Source: Acidobacteriales bacterium 13_1_40CM_3_55_5
GTDB taxonomy: Bacteria; Acidobacteriota; Terriglobia; Terriglobales; Acidobacteriaceae
Direction of reading: 5' to 3'
DNA: 64,000 bases
Assembly: GCA_001918935.1 (NCBI GenBank)
Contig: MNGW01000093.1
Location: 5,302-69,301, forward strand
Shown here: piece by piece, positions 27,374 through 36,838 of the stretch
How the letters are laid out: the number at the start of each line of letters is the position of its first letter
Numbering within the stretch: position 1 is the first letter of the stretch
Notes under the pieces: generated by a model
The model's input: only the letters and a program-made list of their open reading frames with translations
The model's database searches: none
What the model was told of the DNA's origin: nothing
Position numbers and translations under genes: made by a program

Positions 27374-28420
27374 ATGATCCTCGACGCTCTCCACCGCATC
27401 GCCAACCATCGCGAATCACTCTCGCGTGAAGAGTCCCGTCAGGTCATGTCCCAGATTCTTGCCGGCGAATGTACGGATGCGCAAATCGCAGCCTTGCTTG
27501 TCGCACTGCACATGAAAGGTGAAACCGTGGAAGAGATCGTCGGTTTCGCCGAGGCGATCCGCGCGGCTGCAACGCCTTTGACCACTCTTCAGAATTCTAC
27601 GGTGGATGTCTGTGGCACGGGCCGCGATGCGCTGGTGGATACTTGCGGCACCGGCGGCGATGCCAGCGGAACCTTCAACATTTCTACGGCAACGGCGTTC
27701 GTAGTCGCTGGCGCCGGCGTACGCGTCGCCAAGCACGGCAACCGCAGCGTGACGTCAAAATGCGGCTCTGCGGATGTGATGGAATCTCTGGGCGTGAAGA
27801 TCGAATTGCCTGCGGCGCGGATTGCCGCCTGTTTGAAAGAAGTTGGAATCGCATTTCTTTTTGCCCCCGCCTTGCACTCGGCGATGAAACATGTACAGAG
27901 CGCCCGCCGCGAGCTTCGGCTGCGCACCGTCTTCAATCTCTTGGGTCCGCTCACAAATCCGGCTCACGCCCCCGCGCAAGTAGTCGGAGTTTATTCCGCC
28001 GAACTGGTAGAGAAACTTGCCGAAGCGCTCAGCATGTTGGGTCTGCACCGTGCGCTGGTTGTGCATGGAAGCGATGGCCTGGATGAAATCACCGTGACTG
28101 GTCCTACACGCATTGCGGAAGTCCGCGAAGGAACAGTCCGAAACTACGAAGTGACTCCAGAAGAATTCGGAATAAAACGAGCACGAATCGAAGACCTGGC
28201 GGGAGGAGGCGCTGCCGCTAATGCCGCCATCATTCGCGAAATCCTGACTGGAAAGAAATCACCCCGACGGGATGTCGTCCTCTTGAATGCGGCGGCCGCA
28301 TTGGTGGCGGCGGGCAAGGCTGATCATCTAGTCGATGCGGTGGCTCCCGCGGCGCAGTCCATCGACTCCGGTGCCGCGGCGGGCAAACTAGATGCCCTAC
28401 TACGTTTCACGAACGCATGA
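27374..28420 (+). CDS. trpD: anthranilate phosphoribosyltransferase
   Basis: [19 protein letters not shown] and [17 protein letters not shown]. Confidence 0.95.
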   Translation: MILDALHRIANHRESLSREESRQVMSQILAGECTDAQIAALLVALHMKGETVEEIVGFAEAIRAAATPLTTLQNSTVDVCGTGRDALVDTCGTGGDASGTFNISTATAFVVAGAGVRVAKHGNRSVTSKCGSADVMESLGVKIELPAARIAACLKEVGIAFLFAPALHSAMKHVQSARRELRLRTVFNLLGPLTNPAHAPAQVVGVYSAELVEKLAEALSMLGLHRALVVHGSDGLDEITVTGPTRIAEVREGTVRNYEVTPEEFGIKRARIEDLAGGGAAANAAIIREILTGKKSPRRDVVLLNAAAALVAAGKADHLVDAVAPAAQSIDSGAAAGKLDALLRFTNA

Positions 28421-28884
28421 CGGTCGAGCAAACACAGCGGCTTATTTTGACCGCCGCCATGCCCCGACATCTTTTCGATCATCTCGGCCACAGTCACTTC
28501 CCGTTGCAATTCGGGATGAAACGCCGACTTGGTGAGATCTGGCGGCTTCAGGCGACGCAGTAAACGCAGGGTAGAATGCCGGTTCAGTCCGTACAGAGCT
28601 ACGAGTTCTGCGGGCGGAGTTTCGGTATAGCCAAGATTGCGCGCCCAGTCGTCGCCGTCCATGGGAGCAATCACAGGCTTCTTGTCGGCAAGCATCTGGC
28701 GTATGCGATACGCGTATACAACTTCAATGTCAGCCAGATGGCCCAGCACTTCCAGAATGCACCACTTGTGTGGCGCGGGCTTGTAGCGCAGAGTCTTGTC
28801 GGGCAATCCAGATACGGCTGCTGCGATCTGCTTGGGACTTTTTTCCGCGGCTTCGAGGTGTTGTTTCAGTTCGGCTTCGTTCAT
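28324..28884 (-). CDS. DinB-family protein
   Basis: [16 protein letters not shown] is a DinB_2-like His motif. The last 32 or so codons overlap the trpD 3' end by 97 nt, so the C-terminus is suspect. Confidence 0.65.
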   Translation of the reverse strand: MNEAELKQHLEAAEKSPKQIAAAVSGLPDKTLRYKPAPHKWCILEVLGHLADIEVVYAYRIRQMLADKKPVIAPMDGDDWARNLGYTETPPAELVALYGLNRHSTLRLLRRLKPPDLTKSAFHPELQREVTVAEMIEKMSGHGGGQNKPLCLLDRHAFVKRSRASSLPAAAPESMDCAAGATASTR

Positions 28885-28891
28885 GATGTTC

Positions 28892-30319
28892 TCACTTGAT
28901 TTCGACTTTTTGCATCCACTGCACGACCTCCACGTCCCAGCCCAACTCCTTCTTCATGGTATCGCGCAATTGCGTTGACGCGGCGGGTTCCCCATGCACC
29001 AGATATGTGACGGCGGGTTTGCGCGGAAAAGTGCCCAACCATTGCAGCAATTCCGGCGGATCGGCGTGGTCGCTGAATTGTTCGAACGCGGCCACTTGCG
29101 CCCGGATGGGGACTATCTGGCCGAATATCTTCACTTCAGGCGCGCCGCTTTTTATCGTGGCGCCGCGCGTTCCCGGCGCCTGGAATCCGATGAAGATGAC
29201 CGTATTCTTTGGATCAGGAAGTCGTTGCGCGAGGTGATGCTGGATTCGTCCGCCAGTCACCATGCCGCTGGAGGAAATAATAATCAACGGGAACCTATTC
29301 TCATTGATCTTCTTTGACTGCTCCGGAGTTGAAGCGAAGGTGACTCCAGGCCAATTAAGGGGTGAGCCATATTGCTTGATAAGCTGACGAGTCTCCTCGC
29401 TGTACTCTTCGGTGTGTTTGAGAAAAATCTGCACCGCCTTGATGGCCATTGGACTGTCGCAATAGAGAGGAATGCGTGGGATTTGCCCAGCCTCCATCAA
29501 CTGCTTAAGGATGAACAAGAACTTCTGGGTTCGCTCCACCGCAAAAGCCGGCACGATGACGCTGCCGCCGCGCTCGACCGTTTTACGAATCAGCGCCGCC
29601 AGTTCCGGACGTGGGTCGTTCGTGGGATGTTGCCGGTTGCCATAAGTGGATTCCATCACTAGCACATCCGCGATCTCACCTTCGGTTGGGCCAGAGCGAA
29701 GCACTTTTCCTGGATCAGGGTCACGCACTCGTCCAATGTCCCCGGTGAAAAGCAATTGCCGTGACTGCCCATTGGTGGTGAGTTTCAGCTCTACCATGGA
29801 GGAACCGAGAATGTGGGCAGAGCGCACGAAGCGGAACGAAATCTCCGGGGAGAGTTGTTTGCTCTCCTCGAATCCCAGCGGGCGGAAATATTGCAAACAC
29901 TCTTGTGCCTCTTCGAACGTGTAAAGCGGCAGCGCTGGGTGGTGCTTCGAGCTTTTGGTTTTGTTGTAGAACGCCGCGTCTTCTTCCTGCAGGTGACCGG
30001 AATCAGGAAGAATAATTCCGCAAAGATCGATGGTGGACGATGTCGCGTAAATTGGGCCCCTAAATCCTTGCTTCACCAGTCGCGGAATCCAGCCGCAGTG
30101 ATCGAGATGGGCGTGGGTGAGCACGACTGCATCAATTTCACGCGCGGGCACCGGAGAATCCTGCCAGTTGCGATCGCGCCATTCCTTTGGGCCCTGAAAC
30201 ATTCCGCAATCAATTAGAGTTTGAAGGCCATTTTTCCCACTATCGTCCGGTGAGGTGTTGATGAGATGCTTGGATCCGGTAACTGTTCCGGCTGCGCCGA
30301 GGAACTGAATGTAGGCCAA
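28892..30319 (-). CDS. MBL-fold beta-CASP family metallo-hydrolase (RNA-metabolising type)
   Basis: LIDCGMFQG and VLTHAHLDHCGWIPRL. Length of 475 aa is typical. Confidence 0.85.
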   Translation of the reverse strand: MAYIQFLGAAGTVTGSKHLINTSPDDSGKNGLQTLIDCGMFQGPKEWRDRNWQDSPVPAREIDAVVLTHAHLDHCGWIPRLVKQGFRGPIYATSSTIDLCGIILPDSGHLQEEDAAFYNKTKSSKHHPALPLYTFEEAQECLQYFRPLGFEESKQLSPEISFRFVRSAHILGSSMVELKLTTNGQSRQLLFTGDIGRVRDPDPGKVLRSGPTEGEIADVLVMESTYGNRQHPTNDPRPELAALIRKTVERGGSVIVPAFAVERTQKFLFILKQLMEAGQIPRIPLYCDSPMAIKAVQIFLKHTEEYSEETRQLIKQYGSPLNWPGVTFASTPEQSKKINENRFPLIIISSSGMVTGGRIQHHLAQRLPDPKNTVIFIGFQAPGTRGATIKSGAPEVKIFGQIVPIRAQVAAFEQFSDHADPPELLQWLGTFPRKPAVTYLVHGEPAASTQLRDTMKKELGWDVEVVQWMQKVEIK

Positions 30320-30389
30320 TGAAGCCTCCGGTAAGATGGCATTGATTTCAAATTAATATCGCTCACCATTTCAATTTTAATATTCAGAA

Positions 30390-32075
30390 TCAGTTCGCGT
30401 TGGGTTTGATCTTAAATATATTGTTTGTCATGTCGCTCTCCGGCACACTGCCGTCATTGACGACAATTTCCTGAGGCGTACCCGCGGCCTGGATTCGCAT
30501 TACGCTCTTCGATTTCGAGTGCACTTCAACAAGACGTGTAACTTGGCCGCCCTCCATAAGTAGAGTTACAGGTACCTGGGCGCCAGCTTCGCCAAGATTT
30601 TCAATGGTGATGGTTACGACGTAGCCGCCGCCCAGCAGTTGACGTGGATACGCCGATTCCACACGAAAGTCGGGTAGTCCGCGGTCGCGATATACCCAGT
30701 CGTCGAAAAACCATTCGAGCTCTCGCTTGGATTGCGCTTCGATCAGACGCTGCAGGTAGGATGCCTCTTTGTCCTGGTCTGGACGATAGAGCGCCAGCGC
30801 CTTCCTTAATGTTTCTTCGCCAATCATGTCGCGCAGCATCCACCAGACATACATTGCCTTACTTCGGTAGAACTCCTCGCGAGAGGTGCTGACCAGCGAC
30901 TCGTTCGCGGACGCGCTCGAGGTGCGCTCCGCGGCAAATGCTTTCTCGGCGTCTATGAGCGCGGTGCGATGCTGGGCCATGAAATCGAGCGCTGTCCGCC
31001 TTCCGCTCTGTTGCTCAAGGTAAGCCGCCTGAGCAAAGTGGGCGAGGCCTTCGTAAATCCAGAGACGCGGAGACTGAAACGCAGAGTGCGTCAATTGGTG
31101 AACGACGGTTAGGGCTGCGATCCGCGAGTCACTGTTAAGCGGTGTCAGCAACATGCTGCCGCTCTCAAATGGCGATGCTTTGGCGTCAGCAAGTTCTACG
31201 ATCTTTAGTTTTCGTCGAGAGACGCCGAACCATTCTTTAACGAAGGGCATAGCTAACTGCGTCGCGAGTTCATAGTTTTCTGCTGCCGGTTTGTGCTCAG
31301 GAAAATAGTGAACGTCGAGCGTCGATGGATTCAGGACAGAGTAGGTTGCGATAGCAAATGCCTGGACCGTCGCGCCGAGTGGTTCGAATGAACAATCGAT
31401 AAGAGCGTTCTGCCCGTGTCCATTGTCAGCAGAAGCTGGCTTGCATGCTTCAGCGTTTACGATGAGTTCCGATGAAGAGCCCGCGCTGTCACCTACCACG
31501 CCGAACTTCCACCGGCCCAGGGTTTCGAACAAATTATTACCTTCCGACAAATTTGCCGATAGCAGGCCCACCGGATACCAGGCTACATATCCAATTCCGC
31601 GAATTGCGGTAGACGATGCGCCGATCTGATCCCAATCATTGTGCCTGGCTAACTCCTCGGGCACACCGATTCGAGTCAAGCGTGTGGCATCAAGCGGAAT
31701 GACGCCTTCGTAGCCAATGTCCAGCTCTATTTTTCCTTTCGGAGGAATTTCCTGAGGGAGAGTGATGATCGCTTCGGAGAGTACACCGGTATGATCGATA
31801 TCCGAGGTGTAGGGCTGAGAAACGAACTGCACGGCTTTGCCACCGAGTTTGATGGACCTCCAGTCCAGGGTTGAGGAAATCTGGAGGGACACGTTTTTCT
31901 GGGGACCGTTGGAATCATTGCGCAATGTAATCTGCCCGCGCACCGCGAGCCGCTGCTGTGCGGGCTCAATGCGAACATTCAAGTCGTATTTGGTGAAAGT
32001 GAAGGCTTCGCGGTCGAGGGCAGACGCCGGAGCCAGTAAACCACACAGGACACAGAGGACGTGAAGCAACTTCAT
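30390..32075 (-). CDS. secreted M1-like (gluzincin) protein with variant active-site motif HQLTH
   Basis: Signal peptide MKLLHVLCVLCGLLAPASA. VVHQLTHSAF...LWIYEGLAHF aligns to HExxH-x18-E. Confidence 0.7.
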   Translation of the reverse strand: MKLLHVLCVLCGLLAPASALDREAFTFTKYDLNVRIEPAQQRLAVRGQITLRNDSNGPQKNVSLQISSTLDWRSIKLGGKAVQFVSQPYTSDIDHTGVLSEAIITLPQEIPPKGKIELDIGYEGVIPLDATRLTRIGVPEELARHNDWDQIGASSTAIRGIGYVAWYPVGLLSANLSEGNNLFETLGRWKFGVVGDSAGSSSELIVNAEACKPASADNGHGQNALIDCSFEPLGATVQAFAIATYSVLNPSTLDVHYFPEHKPAAENYELATQLAMPFVKEWFGVSRRKLKIVELADAKASPFESGSMLLTPLNSDSRIAALTVVHQLTHSAFQSPRLWIYEGLAHFAQAAYLEQQSGRRTALDFMAQHRTALIDAEKAFAAERTSSASANESLVSTSREEFYRSKAMYVWWMLRDMIGEETLRKALALYRPDQDKEASYLQRLIEAQSKRELEWFFDDWVYRDRGLPDFRVESAYPRQLLGGGYVVTITIENLGEAGAQVPVTLLMEGGQVTRLVEVHSKSKSVMRIQAAGTPQEIVVNDGSVPESDMTNNIFKIKPNAN

Positions 32076-32821
32076 TTCGAATCCGTGGTTGCTTTCTCGC
32101 GGCGCTGGCGCACGATTTCATAGAGCATGACTCCCGCGGCCACCGATACGTTCAGCGATGACACCTTTCCCAGCATGGGGATCGAGATCAGAAAATCACA
32201 TTTCTTGCGGACCAATTCGTGCACGCCTTTACCTTCAGCGCCCAGCACGATGGCGCAATCCATTTTGTAATCGAGCGAATCATAGTTTTGGGGCGCACGT
32301 TCATCGAGCCCAACAATCCACAAATTCTTGGACTTTAATTCTTCCAACGTGCGCCCGATGTTCGTCACCTTTGCGATAGGCAAATGCTCACTGGCGCCGG
32401 CGGAGGCTTTGGTCACAGTGGGAGTCACTCCCGCGGCCCTCCGCTCGGGAATCACGACGCCGTCGGCGCCCGCAGCATCCGCGGTGCGAAGAATCGCGCC
32501 CAGATTGTGCGGATCTTCCACGCCGTCGAGCACGACCACCAACGAAAATTGGCCTCGCTTGGCTGCGACTACGTCGTCGAGATCGTTATATTGTTTGGCC
32601 GAGGTGACGGCGACCACGCCTTGATGGGCGTTGTTTCCGGCCATGCGATCGAGTTCCGGACGCGAGACAAAGCGCACAGCGATTCCTTGCCGCCGGCACT
32701 CGTCCACGACACGCTGTAAGCGTAGGTCGTGGCGTTCTTTGGCGACCCCTACCCATGCAAAAGAGCGTCCACGAGCTTTCAGTGATTCGGTGACGGCATT
32801 GATGCCGTAGATGAAATTCAT
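32072..32821 (-). CDS. rlmB: 23S rRNA (Gm2251) 2'-O-methyltransferase, SpoU/TrmH family
   Basis: LDGVEDPHNLGAILRTA and SLNVSVAAG. Confidence 0.85.
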   Translation of the reverse strand: MNFIYGINAVTESLKARGRSFAWVGVAKERHDLRLQRVVDECRRQGIAVRFVSRPELDRMAGNNAHQGVVAVTSAKQYNDLDDVVAAKRGQFSLVVVLDGVEDPHNLGAILRTADAAGADGVVIPERRAAGVTPTVTKASAGASEHLPIAKVTNIGRTLEELKSKNLWIVGLDERAPQNYDSLDYKMDCAIVLGAEGKGVHELVRKKCDFLISIPMLGKVSSLNVSVAAGVMLYEIVRQRREKATTDSK

Positions 32822-33005
32822 CGCTCATTAGTTTACTGCGTTGACTCGTTTTCGCGAGGGTGCGCGGCCAATTCGTCCTCTGCGCACCCAGCGCTGGAAG
32901 CGCTGGGCTAAATTGTTTCGTCCTCCGGACTGGGCCGTTGGTTGCTCGACGCGCTCGAGAAACAAGGCGCTTGGGGAATGCTAGACTGAAGACTCGGCGC
33001 ATTGA

Positions 33006-34187
33006 ATGCAAGACGTCTACATTCTCTCAGCGGTACGCACGCCTATCGGCAAGTTTGGAGGCTCGCTGGCCTCGTTGACTGCGGCTGACATGGGCGTGGC
33101 GGCGGCTAAGAGCGCGATTGAGCGTGCCAGGATTCGTCCGGAACAGGTCGAGGAGACCATCATCGGCAATGCTCGGCAGGCGGGAGGTGGTCCTAATCCC
33201 GCACGGCAGATTTCCATTCGCTGCGGGGTTCCACAGGAAGTGCCCGCGTATACGGTGAACAAGGCTTGTGCCTCAGGGATGAAATCCATCGCTCTCGGAT
33301 ACCAGGAGATCGCAACCGGCAATCTGGATTGCGTGCTGGCGGGTGGGACTGAGTCCATGTCGCGACTTCCGTATTATCTGGATGGCGCACGCTGGGGATA
33401 TCGGCTGGGCCACCAGGAATTGGTGGATGGGATGTATCGTGACGGATTTTTCTGCCCCATGGCGAAGATGGTGATGGGCGAAACTGCCGAGGTGCTGGCT
33501 GAACAATACAAAATTTCGCGCGAGGAGCAGGATCAGTACGCACTCTGCTCCCAGAATCGCGCCGCGGCAGCCACTCAGTCGGGGCGCTTTGATGACGAAA
33601 TGGTTCCTGTCATGCTGGAAAGTAAGAAAGATACACAGATTTTCAACCGGGACGAACATCTTTTTACCGGGGCTAGCCTGGAAAAACTAGCTAAATTGTC
33701 CCCGGTGTTTTCCAAGTCTGGGACCATTACCGCTGGCAGCTCTTCCGGAATTACGGATGGCGCTGCCGCGGTGGTGATCGCTGGCGAATCGTTTGTATCG
33801 AAACATAATCTCAAGTCGCTGGCTCGGATTATGGCTGTGTCTGCAGCAGGAGTTGATCCGCGAATCATGGGGATCGGCCCAGTGCCGGCGCTGCGAAAAA
33901 TGGAGCAGAAGCATGGGCTTCGTCTTGAGGATTTCGATCTGGTCGAATTGAACGAAGCATTTGCCGCCCAAGTGCTCGCTTGCGACCGCGAACTACACTT
34001 CAATCACGAGAAGCTTAATGTGAATGGCGGCGCGATTGCGTTGGGACATCCCATCGGCTGTACTGGCGCACGCATCACGGTGACGTTGCTGCATGAAATG
34101 CGCAGGCGCAAGGCGAAGCGCGGGGTGGCAACGCTGTGCGTGAGCGGTGGCATGGGTATGGCGTTGGCGCTGGAGAACGTCGCCTAA
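33006..34187 (+). CDS. acetyl-CoA C-acetyltransferase (thiolase II)
   Basis: VNKACASGMKS, NVNGGAIALGHPIGCTGAR and CVSGGMG. Confidence 0.95.
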   Translation: MQDVYILSAVRTPIGKFGGSLASLTAADMGVAAAKSAIERARIRPEQVEETIIGNARQAGGGPNPARQISIRCGVPQEVPAYTVNKACASGMKSIALGYQEIATGNLDCVLAGGTESMSRLPYYLDGARWGYRLGHQELVDGMYRDGFFCPMAKMVMGETAEVLAEQYKISREEQDQYALCSQNRAAAATQSGRFDDEMVPVMLESKKDTQIFNRDEHLFTGASLEKLAKLSPVFSKSGTITAGSSSGITDGAAAVVIAGESFVSKHNLKSLARIMAVSAAGVDPRIMGIGPVPALRKMEQKHGLRLEDFDLVELNEAFAAQVLACDRELHFNHEKLNVNGGAIALGHPIGCTGARITVTLLHEMRRRKAKRGVATLCVSGGMGMALALENVA

Positions 34188-34218
34188 GGCCGATATACTT
34201 TTGTTGACTGGAGTAACG

Positions 34219-34998
34219 ATGCCTCTGTCGGCCGTCATTGTGGATGATGAGCAGTTGGCGCGAGATGAACTCGCATTTCTGCTGAAGAGTGTGGACGATG
34301 TGAATGTCGTGGCGCAGGGGAAAAATGGCGTGGACGCCATCAACCTTATCCGCGAATTTAATCCTGACCTGGTTTTTCTCGATGTGCAGATGCCGGGGCT
34401 GGACGGCTTTGGAGTCATCAAGAAGCTGCTCGATAAGAAAATTCCGCTGCCGAAGATTGTTTTTGCTACTGCCTTCGATCAGTATGCGGTGAAGGCATTT
34501 GAGGTGAATGCAGTTGACTACTTGCTCAAACCTTTTGATAAGAAGCGGGTGGCGCAGTCGGTGCAGAAGGCAAGGGCCAAAATAGAAACCAGCGGCACTT
34601 CGTCAGAGAAATTAGAGACGCTGGTGCGGATGCTGGAGTCGCAGAAGCCGCAAGCGTCCAAAGTTCTGCTGAAATCCGCGGGCCGGTTGTTTCTGATTAG
34701 TCAGAAAGATATTTGCTACGCTTCCATCGAAGATGGCGTTATCAGCGTGATGACTACTGGTCCCAACGGCATGGAAGGTCAGTCGAACTGCCGTACCTTG
34801 GAAGAGCTATTGGACAGTCTGGATCCCAATCTTTTTTGGCGAGCGCATCGCTCCTATCTGGTGAATATCAATCGCATCAAGGAAGTTGTTCCCTGGTTCA
34901 AGAGTTCGTATCAACTGCGCATGGATGATAAGAAACAGACTGAAATTCCGGTAAGTCGCGCCCAGACCAAGCGGCTGCGGGAATTGTTCGGACTATAG
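34219..34998 (+). CDS. LytTR-family response regulator (receiver + LytTR DNA-binding domain)
   Basis: VIVDDEQLARDEL...DLVFLDVQMPGLDGF, then a LytTR C-terminus (FWRAHRSYLVN). No histidine kinase lies adjacent. Confidence 0.9.
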   Translation: MPLSAVIVDDEQLARDELAFLLKSVDDVNVVAQGKNGVDAINLIREFNPDLVFLDVQMPGLDGFGVIKKLLDKKIPLPKIVFATAFDQYAVKAFEVNAVDYLLKPFDKKRVAQSVQKARAKIETSGTSSEKLETLVRMLESQKPQASKVLLKSAGRLFLISQKDICYASIEDGVISVMTTGPNGMEGQSNCRTLEELLDSLDPNLFWRAHRSYLVNINRIKEVVPWFKSSYQLRMDDKKQTEIPVSRAQTKRLRELFGL

Positions 34999-35195
34999 AA
35001 TCCAGCCCAAGTTTCTTAGTGCCTGCGATGCATTGTTCCCACAACAGGCCAAGCCGGCTCCGAAGAGTTTCCGAACCAGGTACTCTCGTTGCATTCACGT
35101 CTGGTTGCGTGTAGATTCAATAAAAGTAGCCGGTTATCCACATCTCAAGTAGCGTTCCTTTCTCAGGCAGTATTACTGATCTTTTCAAGACATTA

Positions 35196-35732
35196 TCAAA
35201 GAATGGCGGGCAGGCGAGAGGCGCGGGCGGGATGTTGCATAAAGGCGAGTTGACCGGCCAGGCTGCTGAGATGCTGATAGTTATCCACCAATCTTCCAGC
35301 GGAGAGGTGAGCTCCGGGCAACGCGATCCCTAGATACAGCCTGACGGTTGCCAGAAGAGCATAGTGTCGGAGACGCAAAGCGGTATCGAGCAATTGGCGC
35401 CCCGCCTCAGCAATCTTGGGGTCGAGGCTAAGACGCGCAGCCTCTCCCAACCGCACCAGGACGGCGGCATTGTGCGCCGCGCAGCTCACGTATTCCATCG
35501 CAGCGTACAAGCGCTCCTTTTGGATGGCAAGAAACTCACTCGCCGGCAGGTTCTCACGAAGGAAATCTTCTTCGGCAGGATCAATGAGATTTCGGAAGGC
35601 CTCGATATCGACGGGCCGTGTGCGGCCCGCCAAGTCGTCCAAGTCGCCGATGGCAGAAGTCTTTCCTCGGGCAGCGTACATCAACAACAGTGCCGTCAAG
35701 GAGACAAGGACGAGAACAAAAGCAAGAATCAT
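35196..35732 (-). CDS. hypothetical single-pass membrane protein
   Basis: N-terminal TM segment MILAFVLVLVSLTALLLMYAA. The start ATG overlaps the stop of the upstream reading frame (ATGA). Confidence 0.6.
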   Translation of the reverse strand: MILAFVLVLVSLTALLLMYAARGKTSAIGDLDDLAGRTRPVDIEAFRNLIDPAEEDFLRENLPASEFLAIQKERLYAAMEYVSCAAHNAAVLVRLGEAARLSLDPKIAEAGRQLLDTALRLRHYALLATVRLYLGIALPGAHLSAGRLVDNYQHLSSLAGQLAFMQHPARASRLPAIL

Positions 35733-36501
35733 CGTAGTAGCAAGCGTTGCATTTCAGTATTCCACTGTTCGAGGTTATTGTCAGGCACGTGTTTGACCGC
35801 ACGTCTGGCAGTATCGGGCGCCAGCAGATACACAAGCCAGATCAGTACACAGCAATGATAAGTTGCCATCGTAATAAAATCCAGGCTGTAACTCCCGGCA
35901 GCAGGCCCGGTTCCAATTCGCAGCGCCGTAGTTGCTAAAGTTACGCTTGAAAAAATTCCCAGTCCCGCGGGCCGTAAACATAATTTTGCCAGGAAAGCCC
36001 AAAGTAGGATGAAAATAGAAACAGGAACACCAACAACCCGCTCTGCATGAGACTAACGGCACAATTCGCAACGTGAATTCCGGAGAGTAGCGGCGTCGAG
36101 TCGTTGGGTGCGCGCGCGGCCACCGCAACTGCCACAAGCAGCAAAACTACTACACCCCAGCGAAATAGTATTCGACCGAGTTCCGCAAGCGCAGGATAGG
36201 GATCGAAAATCCGGTTGAATATCTCGTAAATCAAAGCGAAACGCAGCACGATACTTCCGATAGTATCTACCCATTGTGCATTGACGTACTGGTCGGCCGA
36301 GACGGCTGAAATGTGGTCCAACATGAAAAGCGTTCCGCCCATTACGATCTGAAACAGCGTATAGGTCAGGAATACCGGAAATTCACGTACCAATCGACGG
36401 CGGATCATAATAAGGGCGATCGCCACCCTGGAGGACGTGGGGCGCGACCCAGAGATAGTGCCATATTGGCGAGTGAGGGTACATAGCCGACGCTCCGGCA
36501 A
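35729..36501 (-). CDS. hypothetical polytopic membrane protein, apparently frameshifted at a T6 run near 35950
   Basis: The 186-aa ORF ends ..GPRDWEFFQA*. Adding one T continues it as ..EFFSSVTLATTALRIGTGPAAG..CCVLIWLVYLLAP..RLLLR*, which ends in ATGA overlap with the next gene. Confidence 0.55.
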
Positions 36502-36595
36502 TATACCCTCTTTTGCCGATCACTAGCAATCGCAATGGTGTGCCTACCGCCCTGTTTCAGGCATTTTTACGTCGCACACTTGCACACCAGGCATG

Positions 36596-36724
36596 TTATG
36601 GTTTACATACCTGATTGGGCAGACAGCTCGGACCAGGGTTTCCATCGGCCTTCAGAGTTGTAGGGATAGACAGCGCGCCTGCGAGCAATAGCGCATTTAA
36701 CAGCAGGAGTAGGATCTTTTTCAC
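36596..36724 (-). CDS. small secreted peptide precursor (42 aa), not in the ORF track
   Basis: AAGGAG lies 7 nt upstream of a GTG start. Product is VKKILLLLLNALLLAGALSIPTTLKA/DGNPGPSCLPNQVCKP. An in-frame TGA lies 8 codons upstream. Confidence 0.55.
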   Translation of the reverse strand: MKKILLLLLNALLLAGALSIPTTLKADGNPGPSCLPNQVCKP

Positions 36725-36795
36725 GGTAGAACTCCTTTGTGTAGTTCAGGTGGTTCAACCGTGGTAATGTGGGCGGGATTCCGTTAGTCGGAGAG

Positions 36796-36815
36796 CCGAA
36801 CGCTGGATCGTTCGG
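36796..36815. promoter_or_regulatory. perfect inverted repeat CCGAACG-N6-CGTTCGG in a divergent intergenic region
   Basis: Read directly. TTTT follows on the plus strand. It lies 23 nt upstream of the ATG at 36839. Confidence 0.3.
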
Positions 36816-36838
36816 TTTTCTGAAATTGGAACAAGGGA

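Noticed and set aside
36780-36815. LytTR-type operator (9-bp [TA][AC][CA]GTTN[AG][TG] repeats) upstream of the peptide operon
   Set aside because: Two 9-mers fit the consensus (9/9 and 8/9), but they are 27 nt apart. The known spacing is about 21-22 nt, and short degenerate matches are expected by chance.
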